A DNA stretch of 64,000 nt from Candidatus Limnocylindrus sp. (GCA_040397235.1 JBBAWH010000005.1:21118-85117); one strand, 5' to 3'; shown: positions 49,766-62,004, numbered from the stretch's first letter. The notes: generated by a model not told the origin, from the letters alone. Program-made: numbers and translations.

Positions 49766-50357
49766 GCGCCTCATCGTGGGCGTCTACGGTTCGGCGCGCC
49801 TCCCTGACAGTGATCCGCGGTGGGTTGCCGCCTTCGACCTTGGTGCGGCGCTCGCCGAGGCCGGGTTCACGGTTGCCACCGGCGGCTACGAGGGGATCAT
49901 GGGCGCCGCCTCCCGCGGGGCCAAGTCAAAGGGGGGTGAGGTGCTCGGCTACACGGTGACTTCGTGGGATGGCCTAGAAGCGAATGAGGCGGTCACGCGC
50001 CGTGTTGACTCCGCCGACCTCTTCGACCGGCTGCGCCTCTTCTCGGAGGCGGATCTACTGATCGGCCTTGATGGCGGGGTTGGCACCCTCGCCGAGATCG
50101 CCGTTGCCTGGAACCTGCTGCAAGTCAGCGATGCGCGGCCACTCTTGCTTGTTGGCGATGCTTGGGTAGAGCTCGTGGATCTCGTTCGGCGTCGCCTGGT
50201 GGTTGGCCCCGCCGACCTTGATGTCGTGCACGTGCTGCCGAGCGGCACCCCCACCAGCTTGGTGCTGGCTGAGGCCCGCCTGCTGATCGGGGCGCGACTT
50301 GGCCTTGGCGCCCCCTGGGAGGCATCGCACCCCGCACCCTCTCCCGCGGAGCGATAG
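49758..50357 (+). CDS. LOG family protein (TIGR00730, cytokinin riboside 5'-monophosphate phosphoribohydrolase-like)
   Basis: GGYEGIMGA and GLDGGVGTLAEI motifs. About 200 aa. Confidence 0.6.
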   Translation: MTERLIVGVYGSARLPDSDPRWVAAFDLGAALAEAGFTVATGGYEGIMGAASRGAKSKGGEVLGYTVTSWDGLEANEAVTRRVDSADLFDRLRLFSEADLLIGLDGGVGTLAEIAVAWNLLQVSDARPLLLVGDAWVELVDLVRRRLVVGPADLDVVHVLPSGTPTSLVLAEARLLIGARLGLGAPWEASHPAPSPAER

Positions 50358-50367
50358 GATCCTCCAG

Positions 50368-50562
50368 ATGTTGAACCAACCTGCCCCAGCCCCGACGAGT
50401 GACGAGAGCACCTCAGTTGTGGTCGCTTCAACGCCCGTGGCTGAGATTGATCCGGGCCTGGTGATGACCTGCTGCGCCAATTGCGGCAAGCAAATGATTG
50501 ATCGCAAGTGCAAGATGATCTGCGAGTGTGGCTACTTCCTCTCCTGCTCGGACTACTACTGA
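50368..50562 (+). CDS. Small Cys-rich protein (putative zinc-binding), translationally coupled to thyX
   Basis: 64-aa ORF from the ATG at 50368 with 7 Cys in the last 35 aa (TCCANCGKQMIDRKCKMICECGYFLSC). Its stop TGA is 1 nt before the thyX ATG. Confidence 0.4.
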   Translation: MLNQPAPAPTSDESTSVVVASTPVAEIDPGLVMTCCANCGKQMIDRKCKMICECGYFLSCSDYY

Positions 50563-50563
50563 G

Positions 50564-51409
50564 ATGAGCGAGAAGCAGAAGAGCGGGATTCCGAAGAACC
50601 CTGGTCGTCACGAGCTTGGCATGAAGGCCACGATGCTCTTCCCGAACCGCGAGATCGTTGAGCACTCGTATGTGCCGATTATCTACACCGCCTGTCGCAC
50701 CTGCTACTCCGAGCTGCCACCAGAGGAGATCTATCGCCGCGCCGCAGCGGGTGAGATCGATCCAGCGAAGCAGCGCGAGTTGGTCAGCCGCGTCATTGAG
50801 TCGGGTCACGGCAGCACCATCGAACACATCGTCTTCACATTTGCCATTACGGGCGTCACCCGAACGCTCAGCCACCAACTCGTACGCCATCGCGCCGGCG
50901 TGGCGTTTGATCAGCAGTCGCAGCGCTACGTGACCTTCAAGAAGGCGGCGACGATGCTCCCTGGATCTATCGCCGAGGCCGATGAGACGGTCCGTGCGCG
51001 ATTCGAGGAGGCGACCCAGGGTGCGCTCGGCCTCTACGGCGACCTCGTGGCGGCAGGCATCCCCGCCGAAGATGCGCGCTTCGTCTTCCCCAACGCCACG
51101 CGCACCAACCTGATCATGACCGTCAACCTGCGCGCACTCATCCACATGTCGGGGCTACGCCTCTGCACCATGGCGCAGTGGGAGATTCGCCGCCTCTTCC
51201 AGCTCATCCGCCACGAGGTGTTTGCGGTGAGCCCGTTCCTTGGTAGCTTCCTCGCCCCTAAGTGCGTGCCGCTCGGCTACTGCGATGAGTCGGGAAACAA
51301 GGACGGCCACTGCCCAATTCGACCGCATAAGGATGAGGTCCTCGGCGCATGGGCGGCGAAGGCTGCCGAAGCGAAGGTGAAGGGTCGCGCGCTCCCACTG
51401 GCTGAATAA
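50564..51409 (+). CDS. thyX: Flavin-dependent thymidylate synthase
   Basis: ThyX signature RHRxxxxxxQSxRY (VRHRAGVAFDQQSQRY). Start set at the ATG at 50564 (MSEKQK). Confidence 0.9.
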   Translation: MSEKQKSGIPKNPGRHELGMKATMLFPNREIVEHSYVPIIYTACRTCYSELPPEEIYRRAAAGEIDPAKQRELVSRVIESGHGSTIEHIVFTFAITGVTRTLSHQLVRHRAGVAFDQQSQRYVTFKKAATMLPGSIAEADETVRARFEEATQGALGLYGDLVAAGIPAEDARFVFPNATRTNLIMTVNLRALIHMSGLRLCTMAQWEIRRLFQLIRHEVFAVSPFLGSFLAPKCVPLGYCDESGNKDGHCPIRPHKDEVLGAWAAKAAEAKVKGRALPLAE

Positions 51410-51445
51410 GCCGCGAGCCGCCACGCAGCTCCCAGATGGGAGAGG

Positions 51446-52963
51446 ATGGGGGCAATGAAACCCGCCACCGCCTCAAATAATCCCCTGAAGCGTCCACCCC
51501 TACGCGCCGCGCTCTTGACTGCGGCCTTCCCTGGACTCGGTCACCTCGCGCGTGGTGATCGGCGCCGTGCCTCACTCTTCGCCGCACCGGCACTCGCCAT
51601 CATCGGGGCGACGCTGGTTCTGCTGCTCCTTGGCGGCACCACGCAACTCTTGATCATCCTCGTGACCCCAGGTGCCCTCCTCCTCCTGGGGGTGCTCAAT
51701 CTCCTTCTCGCCGCGTGGCGCCTCGGTGCCCTCGCGCACCTGCTCCGCGGTGCACGGTTGCCGCGGCGCGAGCGCGTGCTGGTCGCCGCTGCAACCCTGC
51801 TGCTCGTTGTGGCGCCTCACCTCACCGTGGGCCGCTCGCTGATCGCGTTCGATGAGCTCCTGAACGAAACGTTTGCTGACACATCACCAACGCCTTCGGC
51901 GAGTTTCGATCCCACCGCCTCAGGTGCGGGGAGCCCATCCCCAGATGCATCGCCCGTGGCGAGTCCTGGCAGCTCGATAGGACGCGGGAGCGGAACCGGC
52001 ACGCTCCCCTCCCTCACCGTCACGACGCCGTGGGCGCGACCTGGAGAGATCCCGTGGGGTGATGACGGCAAGTTCGATCTGCTCCTGCTCGGCTCCGATG
52101 CGGGCTCAGACCGCTGGAGTCGACGCATGGATGTGATGCTGCTCGTTGAGGTCGATGTCGCCACCGGACGGGTGGCAATGTTTGGCTTCCCACGAAACAT
52201 GATGAGAGTGCCGCTCCCCCCTGGTGCGGCGCGCAACGCCAGCCCGTGCGGCTGCTTCCAGAAACTACTCAACGAGGTGTACACCGACGCCACCTTCTAC
52301 TACCCACAGCTCTGGCCCGGCGAGGGGAACATCTCAGGGATCGCCGCAGTCCGCGCAACAATCTCTGAGCTGGCGCAGCGGCCAATTGATGCGGTTCTAG
52401 TCGCCGACCTCTGGGGCGTGATCAAGGTGGTTGACGCGATGGGCGGCATTGACATGAACGTTACGGAGCCGATCTACGACAAGAACTATCCGGATCCGGT
52501 GCTCGGCTCGATCCAACTGCGTATTGATTCTGGCCAGCAACACCTCAATGGGCGGCTCGCTCTAGCCTACGCCCGAAGTCGCCACCAAGATTCAGACTAC
52601 GGCCGCATGCGGCGGCAGCAGGCACTACTGCTGGCGATTCGCGATCAGCTCGGCGCTGCAACCATCTTGAACGCCCCGGCACTTGCTGCGGCGGCGAAGG
52701 GGTACGTGTGGACCGATCTCCCGCGCTCTTCGTTGCCGAATCTCGTTGACCTCTTCTCGCGCGCCGCCACGGCGCAGGTCCGCCTCTACCGCTTTGCGCC
52801 GAGTGCCTATCCGGCATATCTAGACGCGGCCACGATCGCCAAGATCAGAGGGGTAATTGCGAACGCCTTCCCAGCGGTGCCATCACCGTCACCAAGCCCA
52901 TCGGATTCGCCGTCGATGAGTCCTGACGCATCGCCGAGCGCGCCAGAGAGCACTGCTCCGTAG
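51446..52963 (+). CDS. LytR-CpsA-Psr (LCP) family cell-envelope phosphotransferase
   Basis: N-terminal TM, LCP core (DVMLLVEVD, NGRLALAYARSRH..DSDYGRMRRQQ). Pro/Ser-rich linkers at both ends. Confidence 0.8.
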   Translation: MGAMKPATASNNPLKRPPLRAALLTAAFPGLGHLARGDRRRASLFAAPALAIIGATLVLLLLGGTTQLLIILVTPGALLLLGVLNLLLAAWRLGALAHLLRGARLPRRERVLVAAATLLLVVAPHLTVGRSLIAFDELLNETFADTSPTPSASFDPTASGAGSPSPDASPVASPGSSIGRGSGTGTLPSLTVTTPWARPGEIPWGDDGKFDLLLLGSDAGSDRWSRRMDVMLLVEVDVATGRVAMFGFPRNMMRVPLPPGAARNASPCGCFQKLLNEVYTDATFYYPQLWPGEGNISGIAAVRATISELAQRPIDAVLVADLWGVIKVVDAMGGIDMNVTEPIYDKNYPDPVLGSIQLRIDSGQQHLNGRLALAYARSRHQDSDYGRMRRQQALLLAIRDQLGAATILNAPALAAAAKGYVWTDLPRSSLPNLVDLFSRAATAQVRLYRFAPSAYPAYLDAATIAKIRGVIANAFPAVPSPSPSPSDSPSMSPDASPSAPESTAP

Positions 52964-53355
52964 GGGGTAAGAGTTCACCCGAGAGGCCATCCGATGTTGG
53001 GGGCGACGCTTGCACGCCGATTCCCCTCCGCTGTGAGATCGGATCGAGTCGCCCCGGCCGTAAAGCCGAAGCTCCCAGGTGACCCTCCGCTCCGCCGCTA
53101 CGAGTTGCCTCGCACTTTGGTGGTCATTCACCAGCACCGTCAGTTGCCTGTCGGTTCGATCCCGTCATCGCCACAGTTCGTTCCGCCTGGCCGATTGCTC
53201 GGTCGGCGGGTTCACCGCTGGCCCCTTCGGGCTACGAGTAGCATCGCGGGGAGGGACTCGTATCAGAAGGTACTTATCAACGAAGTAGTGCCTAGCGCTG
53301 CGGGAGTTCTCCACCGTTTTCACCGAAGTGGGCGGAATTGTGGAAAAGTGCCGCC

Positions 53356-55325
<1,970 letters not shown>

Positions 55326-55326
<1 letters not shown>

Positions 55327-56267
55327 TAGCCGGCGGCCTCGTCGTCGTCGGTTACCTCGTGTTCCTGCTCCTCAACATCGCTGTCCTTGAGGTGCGGCAC
55401 GATGCCGGCGCGGCGCTGGCTGCCGCTCCAGCCCAACTTGGTGCTGATCTGCTGTGCGGCGTCTCGCGCCGCAGTAACGAGGGCAGGAAGGGTCCCAGGA
55501 GTGACTCGGGTGGCTGCGCCCCATACGACAACAGTGGCGATCACGGCGCCGCGCGCATCACAGATCGGCACGGCGACGGCGGAGATTCGGTCGTCCCACT
55601 CGCCGATCGCCACGGCGTAGCCGCGGCGGCGAATGGTGGCGAGCTCTTCAAGGAGGGCACGCGGTTCGGTAATGGTGCGTGGTGTATAGCGAACTAAACC
55701 GCGTCGAGCGATCGAGAGGACGGTGCGCTCTGGGAGTGAGGCGAGGAGCACCTTCCCTGAGGCGATAGCGTGCATGGCGAGTGGTCGCCCGGTGATGTCG
55801 GGCATCGGTGTGAGGTTCGGTCCGTCAATCTGGCAGATCGCTACCGATGCAGCGACACCGTCGAAGACTTCGAGGCTGACCGTCTCGTGGGCGACTTTGG
55901 CGAGTGCCTCCATTTCGGGGAGGGCGATCGCGCGCAGGTTGAGGGTGCGCTCGGCGGATTGTGCGAGGCGAATGATGCCGACGCCGAGACGGAAGTGCCC
56001 ACTCTCAAGGTCCTGCTCCACGAGGCCGCGGCGCTCGAGGGTGGAGAGGAGTCGGCTCACTGTGGACTTGTGCAGATCAAGGGAGTGAGAGAGGTCGGTG
56101 ACCGAGGCGGAGCCGTCGGCGTCGGAGAGGCAGACCAAGAGCGCGGCGGCGCGATCAACGGAGCGAACGGCGGCGTCGTCTGCGCCTGGCGCTACGGCGC
56201 CGCTGACATGGTCAAGACCCTCATCAGGGCTCTGGGCGGCGCGGCCGCGTGCCTGCTCAGTACTCAT
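55326..56267 (-). CDS. IclR family transcriptional regulator
   Basis: N-terminal HTH (LSHSLDLHKSTVSRLLSTLERRGLV) and C-terminal IclR effector domain. Acidic C-terminal tail. Confidence 0.85.
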
Positions 56268-56288
56268 CGGATGGTGTTCCTCCCTTGG

Positions 56289-56305
56289 GGGCGGATGATC
56301 CGCCC
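56289..56305. promoter_or_regulatory. 8-bp inverted repeat (GGGCGGAT-g-ATCCGCCC) in the IclR/crtI divergent intergenic region
   Basis: Perfect 8+8 inverted repeat with a 1-nt spacer, 22 bp upstream of the IclR start and about 115 bp upstream of crtI. Confidence 0.4.
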
Positions 56306-56420
56306 GCAGGGCGCTCTCGTCAATGGGAGGCCGTATTCGTGCTCAGCGCGACGCGCGCGAGACCTCTAAGATGGTGTCAACAGGGGGCGCTGCCTCCATG
56401 GTGAGCACCCAGGAGGTTCC

Positions 56421-57953
56421 ATGGCGCAGGGGGGTCGACAGGCAATCATCGTGGGGAGCGGCTTCGGCGGCCTCTCCACGGCCATCCGCCTCCTCTCCGA
56501 CGGCTGGCAGGTCACCATCCTGGAGGCCCGCCCCGAGATTGGCGGCCGCGCCTCGCGCATCCAGGAGGGCGGCTACACCTTCGACACTGGCCCGTCGCTC
56601 ATCACCATGCCCTGGCTCTTCGAAGAGGTCTACGCCGCAGCTGGCGAGAAGATGTCGGACCACGTCACGCTGCGCCAACTGCAGCCGGGCTACCGCATCT
56701 TCTGGACGGGCGAAGATCGCCACTTTGACTTCGGTAGCGACCGCGAGCAGCTGCTCGCCGAGATGCGCAAGTTCTCGAACGACGACGCCAATCAGCTCGA
56801 GGCGTTCCTGGCCGCATCGGGCGCGATCCACCGCGAGGGGATTCTCGTCTCCGGTCGCCAGAACTTCTTGAACCTTAAGGACTTCGTCAAGCTCCTCCCG
56901 ACCATGGCGCGCCTTGATGCAATTCGCTTCCTCCAGGGATGGGTTGGCAAGTTCTTCAAGGAGCCACATGTGCAGCAGGCGTTCGGCTTCCACTCGCTCT
57001 TCATCGGTGGCGATCCATCGCGCGTTCCCGCCATCTATTCGGCACTCGCCTACCTGCAGATCGCCGATGGCATCTGGTACACCGAGGGTGGCGTCTACAG
57101 CATCATCGAATCGTTCGGCAAGATCATCGCCAAGATGGGCGGCGTGATTCACATCAACAGCAAGGTGGATCAGATCTTGCACCGCAACGGTCGCGCAACT
57201 GGGGTTCGCACCGCCGATGGCGAGGTACATAACGCCGACCTCGTCATCTATAACGGCGATGTGACGGCGCGTGATGCCCTTCTTCCAGACGCTCCCGATG
57301 CATTCCCATGGCGCCTGCGCCCACTGCGCACCACCATGTCGGCGCACATGCTCTACCTGGGCACCAACAAGAAGTTTGAGAAGCTCCTGCATCACACCCT
57401 CGTGGTTGGTGATGACTATTACGGCTTCATTAAGGACGTCACCCGCGAGCGTCGCATGCCACGCAGCAACGCCGTCTACATCCATGCGCCATCGCGCACG
57501 GAGCCTGAAATGGCACCGCCCGGTGGCGACTCTATCGCGATCCTGCTCCCCGTGCCGAACCTGCGCTCGGGTGATGACTGGACTGAGGCGGAGCCGCGTA
57601 TGCGCGACCGCACCCTGGAGTGGCTCGAGAACTGGGGTCTGCCTGGGTTGCGCGACTCCATCGTTGTCGAACGCTCGTGGACGCCGCTCACCTTCCGCGA
57701 CGAGCTGCTCGCCCCTGACGGGAACGCCTTCGCCGTTGAGCCATCACTCGAGCAGTCGGCCTACTTCCGACAGCCGAACCGCGACCGAACCATCGCCGGC
57801 CTCTACTACGTGGGTGGCGGCACGCACCCAGGCGCAGGGATGCCAGGCGCGCTCCTCACCTCCCAGGTAACCCAAGATCTGATTCGCGGGGACTACCCTG
57901 CCCCATTCACGTCGCGTGCCACCGGCCCGACCGGAAATCTCGTCCGCCCGTAG
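56421..57953 (+). CDS. crtI: Phytoene desaturase
   Basis: N-terminal FAD fold IIVGSGFGGLSTAIRL. About 510 aa, CrtI family. Confidence 0.9.
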   Translation: MAQGGRQAIIVGSGFGGLSTAIRLLSDGWQVTILEARPEIGGRASRIQEGGYTFDTGPSLITMPWLFEEVYAAAGEKMSDHVTLRQLQPGYRIFWTGEDRHFDFGSDREQLLAEMRKFSNDDANQLEAFLAASGAIHREGILVSGRQNFLNLKDFVKLLPTMARLDAIRFLQGWVGKFFKEPHVQQAFGFHSLFIGGDPSRVPAIYSALAYLQIADGIWYTEGGVYSIIESFGKIIAKMGGVIHINSKVDQILHRNGRATGVRTADGEVHNADLVIYNGDVTARDALLPDAPDAFPWRLRPLRTTMSAHMLYLGTNKKFEKLLHHTLVVGDDYYGFIKDVTRERRMPRSNAVYIHAPSRTEPEMAPPGGDSIAILLPVPNLRSGDDWTEAEPRMRDRTLEWLENWGLPGLRDSIVVERSWTPLTFRDELLAPDGNAFAVEPSLEQSAYFRQPNRDRTIAGLYYVGGGTHPGAGMPGALLTSQVTQDLIRGDYPAPFTSRATGPTGNLVRP

Positions 57954-57957
57954 CGGC

Positions 57958-58851
57958 ATGACCCCCCAGCGCGATCCGCGCGTGGCGGCACTCCTCCCCG
58001 AGGCCCAGGCAACCATCAACCGCGTCGCACGCAGCTTCGCCCTCGCGGCGCGCTTCCTTCCAAGGCAGGTTCGCGACGACATCAACCTCCTCTATTTGGC
58101 GCTGCGCCACCTCGATGATCTAGTCGACCTTGAGGCGCCGACTGGCTCCGTAGGGCGCGCCGAGGCCGCGCAACGCCTAGCGGCAATTCGTACCTGGCTC
58201 AGCAGCGGAGCAATCGACAGCGCTGATGGCGATGAGCTAGCGATCTTCGTCGACCTGCAGCGTCGCAGCCCAGGGCTCCCCACCGATGCGATCGGCGCCT
58301 TCCTTGACGGCATGGAGGGCGATCTCGCCGGCCCTGCGATGGAGAGCGATGCCGATCTTGATCTCTACTGCTACCAGGTTGCAGGCACCGTTGGTCGCCT
58401 GATGGCGGCGCTCCTCGGTGTGCACGCTGGCGACGATGCGCAGGCAGATCGTGCCGCCCGTGCCCTTGGTGCGGCAATGCAGCGCACGAATATCTTGCGC
58501 GACATCGACGAGGACCTTGCCAACGGGCGTGTCTATCTCCCCGCGAGCGCCCTACGGCGCGCTGGACTCGACCCTGCAGCAACGAGCGGCCCGACCTCAC
58601 TTCGTGATGGTGATCGGCGCGCGCTCTATTTGGCCGAGATTGCTCGAGCCGATGCCGACTACGAGGTTGGCACTGCAGGGATCCGGTACCTACAGAACGG
58701 CGGCCGATCAATTCGCGTGGCGGCGCACCTCTATCGCGAGATCCTGCGACAAATCGAGCGCGACGGCTTCGGCCTGCGGCGGCCTCATCGGCCGGTGGTG
58801 GGACGAGCCCGCAAGGCCGCTGCCCTGGTGCGCGCAGTGACGAGCTCCTAG
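57958..58851 (+). CDS. crtB: Phytoene synthase
   Basis: Squalene/phytoene synthase motifs (YLALRHLDDLVD, YCYQVAGTVG, RDIDEDLANGRVYLP). Start at the ATG at 57958, 4 nt after the crtI stop. Confidence 0.85.
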   Translation: MTPQRDPRVAALLPEAQATINRVARSFALAARFLPRQVRDDINLLYLALRHLDDLVDLEAPTGSVGRAEAAQRLAAIRTWLSSGAIDSADGDELAIFVDLQRRSPGLPTDAIGAFLDGMEGDLAGPAMESDADLDLYCYQVAGTVGRLMAALLGVHAGDDAQADRAARALGAAMQRTNILRDIDEDLANGRVYLPASALRRAGLDPAATSGPTSLRDGDRRALYLAEIARADADYEVGTAGIRYLQNGGRSIRVAAHLYREILRQIERDGFGLRRPHRPVVGRARKAAALVRAVTSS

Positions 58852-58864
58852 AGGGACCCCTACC

Positions 58865-59797
58865 TCAGTGCGCGCGGGCGTAGCGCGCGAGGAGCGAGAG
58901 CGAGACCACCACGATCGCGGTACCGAGCAGTTGGATCGGGGTCGTCACATCGTTCAGGAAAACCACACCACCAACCAGCGCGACCACCGGTACCAGCGTG
59001 CTGAATTGGCTCACCGTTGTCGTAGGGATGCGTCGCGTCGCTTCGAGATAGAAGATGAACGGTGCAGCGCCGCCGAAGACGCCAGTTGCAACTGAGACGG
59101 CCCACTGGATCTCGGTTGCTGGCAGTTGAAGGTCGCCGTTAAAGATCGTGACGCGCACGATCAGGAGGGCGAGCGAGGCGAGTGCCGCCACCAGCAGTTG
59201 CGATGCGACAAGCGGCAGCACCGGCATGGTGCGCACCAGCTTTGAGGAGATGAGCACATAGGCGGCGCCGCAGAAGAGTCCGAGTGTGGCGAAGATGATC
59301 CCCTCCGGCTTGAGCGTGCCCGCGACACCAGCGCCGCCGACCACGAGGGCCACGCCGAAGATCGAGACAACCATGAGGATGGCGGCCTGACGACTCACCC
59401 TCTCGCCGAGATATGGGGCGGCCAGAATGGCGATCAACACCGGATTCAGTGACGAGACGAGGGCGACGAAGGCGCCGCTCGAGAAGATGATGCCGACGTT
59501 ACCGAGGGTGTACGCCCCCCACGGCTCGATGATCCCGGTCGAAGATGCCCGCAGCAGCCCTGGGTGTCGGAAGCCGCTCAGCTCGCCACGGATTGCACCG
59601 AGCACGAGCAGCACTAGAAAGCCGACGCCAAGCTCAATAACCAGGAACGTGTCGTTCCCCACCCCCGCCGAAAGGACGTAATCCGACGTTGTCGAACCGA
59701 AGCCCCACGCGAGTGAGGCGCCGATCGCGCAGAGGATCCCGACCGTTCGCCGGGAGGTTCCGCGAGCCGCGCCCGCGGTCCCCCCAGCGTTGCTCAT
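58865..59797 (-). CDS. DMT superfamily transporter (EamA-like)
   Basis: About 10 TM segments with duplicated EamA-like halves. Confidence 0.65.
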   Translation of the reverse strand: MSNAGGTAGAARGTSRRTVGILCAIGASLAWGFGSTTSDYVLSAGVGNDTFLVIELGVGFLVLLVLGAIRGELSGFRHPGLLRASSTGIIEPWGAYTLGNVGIIFSSGAFVALVSSLNPVLIAILAAPYLGERVSRQAAILMVVSIFGVALVVGGAGVAGTLKPEGIIFATLGLFCGAAYVLISSKLVRTMPVLPLVASQLLVAALASLALLIVRVTIFNGDLQLPATEIQWAVSVATGVFGGAAPFIFYLEATRRIPTTTVSQFSTLVPVVALVGGVVFLNDVTTPIQLLGTAIVVVSLSLLARYARAH

Positions 59798-61524
59798 GCC
59801 TTCGGCTTGACCCAGTTCGGCATCTCGGCCTCAAAGACCGGGAGCGGAATCTGGCCGTGTCCAATGGCGTGATCGTGGAAGGACTTGATGTCGAACTTGT
59901 CGCCATCGCGCTTCTCGATCGCGGCGCGCGTGCGTTGAATGGCACGCTGCCCAACCTTGTAGCAGAGTGCCTGCGCTGGCCAGGCGATGTAGCGATCGGT
60001 CTCAATCTCGGCGTCGGTTCGCGGCAGCCCAACGGACTCCATGAACGCCACACCCTTATCGCGGTCCCAGCCGAAGGCGTGGAGGCCAGTGTCAACGACG
60101 AGGCGCGCCGCGCGGTGCGCCTGACCCTGAAGCATGCCGAAGCGCTCCATCTCGCTGCGATAGAGGCCGAGCTCGTCGGCGAGTCGCTCCGAGTAGAGGC
60201 CCCAACCCTCAACGTAGGCGTTCCCCGCAAGGTGCGAGGCGTGCTTGCGCAGGTCTGGCAAGAACTCCAACTCCATCTCGAGTGCGATCTGGAAGTGGTG
60301 GCCTGGAATGGCCTCGTGATACGTGGTTGGTGCAAGGGCGTGCAGGAAGCGCGACGGCAGGTCGTAGCCGTTCACGTAGTACGTCCCTGGACGCGAACCA
60401 TCAGCCGCAGGGCTGAAGTAGTAGGCGGCGGGTGCATCCTTCTCCTTGAAGTCTTCGACCGCCTTCACATCGCAGCCAGCCTTCGGGAAACGCCCAAAGA
60501 CCTTCCCCGCTTCGGCGTACCCGCGATCAATGTCTTCCTTAATGCGCACGATGAGCGCCTCTTTCGACGCGGCGACGTTCGTTGGATCGCTCTCGGCGGC
60601 ATCGCGTAGTTTGTCGATGGAGCCGCCGAAGCCAAGCTTCGTCGAGATGACCTTCATCTCCTCCTGGATATCGGCCCACTCCTGCAGGCCGATCTCGTGG
60701 AGCTCCTTCGGATCGAGCTGTAGGCCGGTCCAGCTGCGGATGGCCACCTTGTAGAGCTCGGCGCCGTTTGGTGCGGAGCAGAGGCCCGGCACCTCGCGCG
60801 CCTTGGTGCGGTAGCTACCAGTGATCGCCTCGTAGTAGCGCTTGATCTGCGGGTCGACATACTCGGCCACGATCGTGACGAGCTCGGCTCGCTCCGCGTC
60901 ACCGGCAACGTTAGCGGCGGTGACGATCGGTGACTGTTCGGTTGGAATGGCCATCAAGCCGTCGAGCTGGGCGATCAGTCGCTCGGTCGAGATCTTGGAG
61001 GCAACAAGGCCACGCTTCTCCGCCTCATGCACGCGTGCGATCGCCTCGTCCATGAACTTCGGGAAGGCCTTGAGTCGGCTCACCAGCTTGGCGAACTTCT
61101 CTGGCGTCTTCGCATCCTGGAAGGTGACGATCTGCGGCAGGAGTGTCTGCACGCCATCCATGTGGTCAACCGAGGAGAGAAGGTCCATGCGGTGATCGTC
61201 CTTCTCAATGGCGATCGAGCCACCGACGGCGATCAGGTCGCGCGTGATCTTCCACTCGATGTCGAGCCCCTCGTCGCCAATGGCCTTAGCCGCTTTGGCG
61301 TACTTCTCCCACATGGCGCGGTCGCGCAGTCGCGCAGCGTCAGAGGTGTCGTCGAGCGCACCGTCGTTCACCTCAATGCCGAGGAAGGTTCCCCAGATTG
61401 GAGAGTGCGCGAGCATCTCTTTCCAGAGGTCGTCGGCGAGGGTCTTAACGGCCTGGTCGTTCGCGGATAGTGGCTTCGACACGATCTGGGCTCCTCCCCG
61501 GGACTCCGGGACTGCTGCGCCCAA
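59794..61524 (-). CDS. DUF885 family protein (putative metallopeptidase-like)
   Basis: DUF885 signature HEAIPGHHFQ. About 575 aa. Confidence 0.8.
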   Translation of the reverse strand: MGAAVPESRGGAQIVSKPLSANDQAVKTLADDLWKEMLAHSPIWGTFLGIEVNDGALDDTSDAARLRDRAMWEKYAKAAKAIGDEGLDIEWKITRDLIAVGGSIAIEKDDHRMDLLSSVDHMDGVQTLLPQIVTFQDAKTPEKFAKLVSRLKAFPKFMDEAIARVHEAEKRGLVASKISTERLIAQLDGLMAIPTEQSPIVTAANVAGDAERAELVTIVAEYVDPQIKRYYEAITGSYRTKAREVPGLCSAPNGAELYKVAIRSWTGLQLDPKELHEIGLQEWADIQEEMKVISTKLGFGGSIDKLRDAAESDPTNVAASKEALIVRIKEDIDRGYAEAGKVFGRFPKAGCDVKAVEDFKEKDAPAAYYFSPAADGSRPGTYYVNGYDLPSRFLHALAPTTYHEAIPGHHFQIALEMELEFLPDLRKHASHLAGNAYVEGWGLYSERLADELGLYRSEMERFGMLQGQAHRAARLVVDTGLHAFGWDRDKGVAFMESVGLPRTDAEIETDRYIAWPAQALCYKVGQRAIQRTRAAIEKRDGDKFDIKSFHDHAIGHGQIPLPVFEAEMPNWVKPKA

Positions 61525-61542
61525 GTGCTGGGCGCCTCCCGC

Positions 61543-62004
61543 TCAGGATACGGCTTGTGCCCCTTCTCGGGGGCGACGGGGGCGCAGGGCGAGGTGCAGG
61601 AGTAGCCCGAGTGGTCCGAACATGAGGGCGAGCGTCAACGCCGCAATACGGAGCGGCGCGCCCACACCTCGACTGAGGCCATCGAGCCAGATGAACCGCC
61701 CAGCGATAAGGTCGAAGGCAAGCACATGGAGCCACACAGCGAGGCTCCCCTCTGGGGTTGCGAGTGACGTTGAGATTGCACTCAGTGTTGGATTGAGCAG
61801 GGTTCCGAGAATGGCACCAGCGCTGGGAATTACCAGGGCTGCATAAATGAGTCCAATCGCAACAACTGGCCACGGCGTCAGCATGGTGCGTCGGGTGATC
61901 TCTGCGGTTGGGCGTACGGCCATCAGGAACCAGAATGGCCCAACGCCAATCGTCGCTGCAAGGAAGAGTGCGCTCAAGATGTCAGCTGAGAGGTTCACGA
62001 TCAA
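61543..62004 (-). CDS. ABA4/DUF4281 family membrane protein
   Basis: Four TM helices. LMAVRPTAEITRRTM and AVWLHVLAFDLIAGRFIW closely parallel the plant ABA4 / DUF4281 family motifs LMVVAPKAELTKKSM and AWIHLLVVDLFAARQVY, as I remember them. Confidence 0.55.
   Translation of the reverse strand: MIVNLSADILSALFLAATIGVGPFWFLMAVRPTAEITRRTMLTPWPVVAIGLIYAALVIPSAGAILGTLLNPTLSAISTSLATPEGSLAVWLHVLAFDLIAGRFIWLDGLSRGVGAPLRIAALTLALMFGPLGLLLHLALRPRRPREGAQAVS

Noticed and set aside
49949-51145. 398-aa minus-strand ORF
   Set aside because: It is antisense to the LOG, small-Cys and thyX genes. Its translation is Arg/Ser/Thr-rich with no domain. The sense genes carry strong family signatures.
53118-53174. tRNA-like acceptor and T arm in the LCP/acs intergenic region
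   Set aside because: It is only about 57 nt long and has no D arm and no proper anticodon arm. It cannot form a complete cloverleaf and is probably a coincidence or a degraded remnant.
56343-57485. 380-aa minus-strand ORF
   Set aside because: It is antisense to crtI.
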